This document shows, piece by piece, positions 49,405 through 51,750 of a DNA stretch of 51,750 nt. The translations under genes were made by a program, and so were the position numbers. The number at the start of each line of letters is the position of its first letter. The first letter of the stretch is position 1. Source of the DNA: Girardia tigrina (Eukaryota); NCBI GenBank assembly GCA_001938485.1, contig MQRK01246051.1, positions 1 through 51,750 on the forward strand, written 5' to 3'. The notes beneath the pieces were generated by a model that worked only from the letters and a program-made list of their open reading frames with translations, made no database searches and was not told the DNA's origin.

Positions 49405-50528
49405 CCGTGACGACAAATTAATAGTCCCCCTCTAAATGTTTAGGTTTGTAATGAAAAATTTGCTTGAATGTTTCAAATCCGCATTTTCATACAAAATTTC
49501 TTACTTTTACATAGAAAGATATATAAATAAACACAAAAACAGTTGTTCATTTGTTTATAATTTATTCATTTTGAAGCTGATTGTGAGGAATATTTGAATG
49601 TTTGATGTTTTGGGTTTGAATGTTAATGATGATTTGGAATTGGGTCTCTCCTACCCAGATGGATGATTAATATTTTAATTCTTATTATCTAAAAATATGT
49701 AATGTTTAAATTTATTTTTAATTTCAAATAATTTTAAAATTTTATATAAGTTAATTAATTTTTACAATATTTAATAAATAAATCAAACTAATATTTTTAA
49801 ATAATTAACAATTATTTTAATTATTATCCAATAAGTTTTGAGTAAATATTTTAATAAAATATTTATTTCCCCATTTGCTAAAAAAATAATGAGAATTAAT
49901 TCATTAATCAATTTCGCTTAGAATGCAATTGTACGAAAGTTTTGACAAAGATTATCTTAAGGACAATCAAAGTTGTTGTTTAAATAAAAATATAAAAAGT
50001 CAAATTGGTATTCTTAATACTGATAAATAAATATAACTTACATTGTACATTATTATTAACATTAAAAATTATGACAATTATTACTGCATAATTTTAAAAA
50101 TGATAATTAATTGCCAATTAAAAATTGCCAATTAATTGACAGTTCATGTAGCAAATAACTTGGCACAGAAACTAAGATTTGTTTCATCATGAAAATTTTC
50201 ATGACTTGGTAACAAAAAGATCTTTATTACGGATACCTGTCGAAAGTAGATTGAGTCAAAGCAACAGAGGGTACCAGCCATTAATGCATCAAAAGGTGGT
50301 AACATCATTTTGACTTTTACGTTATATTTAACAAACGGATATTTATTATATAAATTTCTTCAAAACCTTGGAAATAAAAGTGATTAAAAAGTTGTTACTG
50401 TCTTAATATCTCTTTCCTTGTAAAAGTAAGAAATTTTATAAGCACATGCGGATTTTAAAAATTCTAGCAAAAAGTTCTGTAAAAACCCTGAAATTTTATG
50501 AAGATGACTATTAATTTGTCTCTTACTG
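49405..50528. mobile_element. Non-autonomous Tc1-like element with ~160 bp TIRs, containing an LTR fragment from 49582
   Basis: TA-c(c/a)gt..gacaaattaatagtc...aaatccgcat...aaatttcttacttttaca inverted at both ends. Confidence 0.7.
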
Positions 50529-50981
50529 TATATGCACTAAATCATCAATAAAATAAAAAATAAAGTACTGTATTTACAGTTTTAAAAATGTTAAAAATTG
50601 TACAAATTTGAAAAAATAAATTTTAATTATATATTTTTTCAACAATAGATATTTTAGTTAATTATCATATTAATATGTAGTTAATTAGACTTTCGAAATT
50701 CTAATTTTTCATAAACCATTTAACAAGGAGATGGAAAAATTGAAGCCAATGTTTTTAAAAACGGAAAGAAATTTATTAATATTAAAATTTGGTTGTGTGG
50801 AGTATTACGGAAACGAGCTAGTGAGTCAAAGATCGTCACTAACTCGTCTACGCAATCTCGTAACTTTAAAAAAAAATAAAAGAAAACGTATGACAATAAA
50901 AAAATATAATTATATACAACTAACAACAGTGTGATTAATAAAGACGGTCAGAAAAGGTTATTAGGGCAAACGAGAAATAAA

Positions 50982-51259
50982 TCACAAAGCGAAATAATAT
51001 AAAAAATCCGAATGATCAGTCACAACAATAGAATTAAAAGAAACCGGCTTTGTCGGACTGAGATTCTGGCGGAACACCTTTGAAATCGGAGGTCGTATCC
51101 TTTCTTCTTTGTGTCTCCGGTCCTTAGGATAATCAACTAGGTTAAATAAACCAGTTGATGATGGTTCCGGACCGGAATTTGTTTTTTGTGAAACGGGAAT
51201 GATCACAATTTTTCGATAACGAAATCCGGAAAGCAGAATTTTGGCAAACGTCAAAATTC
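50982..51259 (-). CDS. Possible host terminal exon (unknown product)
   Basis: CpG-richer 90-codon open frame preceded by a gattag acceptor; no recognisable motif. Confidence 0.25.
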
Positions 51260-51750
51260 TAATCGAAATTTTAATTTGGAGATCGATTTTTCGATTTATT
51301 TTGCCATAGGCAATTCATCATAATTCATAATTAAATTATTATGAATTATTATTACGTTTCCGTAATAATTATGATAATTTGTCCGGCGTTTGTTGAGGAC
51401 ATGGTCAGCGTNNNNNNNNNNNNNNNNNNNNNNNNNNNNNNNNNNNNNNNNNNNNNNNNNNNNNNNNNNNNNNNNNNNNNNNNNNNNNNNNNNNNNNNNN
51501 NNNNNNNNNNNNNNNNNNNNNNNNNNNNNNNNNNNNNNNNNNNNNNNNNNNNNTCTCACAAGAAAAGAAAAAGTTCACATTGTTTAACCAAAAGTTCTTA
51601 AAAAAAATAATAGACATAGGTAATGCATAAAGGTAAAACATACTGACACGAACACCAGAGGACACAAGCACACACTCGACTAAAAAAAACAAGTGATCGA
51701 AATATACAAAGCTCGCAATAATGTTAAGAAGAGAATCAAAGTCTGCAACA

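Overview
Very AT-rich eukaryotic (invertebrate-like; a triclad flatworm is my inference, not shown) draft scaffold with N gaps. It is mostly a nested graveyard of transposable elements: Penelope-like elements, mariner, Tc1/IS630-like, pogo/Tigger, piggyBac, Chapaev3-like, MULE, Ty3/gypsy LTR elements with solo LTRs, and MITEs. There are also two 28S rDNA fragments and at least one plausible host exon. The most interesting non-TE signal is a family of four diverged 80-92 nt RNA genes (13206, 28351, 36820, 45643). Each has a terminal stem, an A-box followed by GGTTACTTC, a covarying inner stem and a TTTT terminator, matching the vault RNA architecture. The spacing of a shared flanking motif that carries an opposite-strand B-box suggests they are relics of a ~1.2 kb tandem array broken up by TEs. 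Other highlights are five Penelope-associated minimal hammerhead ribozyme motifs in the first 7.3 kb, an unidentified two-copy structured element near the vault-like genes, intron-containing transposases, and several captured coding fragments (Ulp1-like, gypsy RT) inside other elements. All calls were made by eye; no database searches were run.
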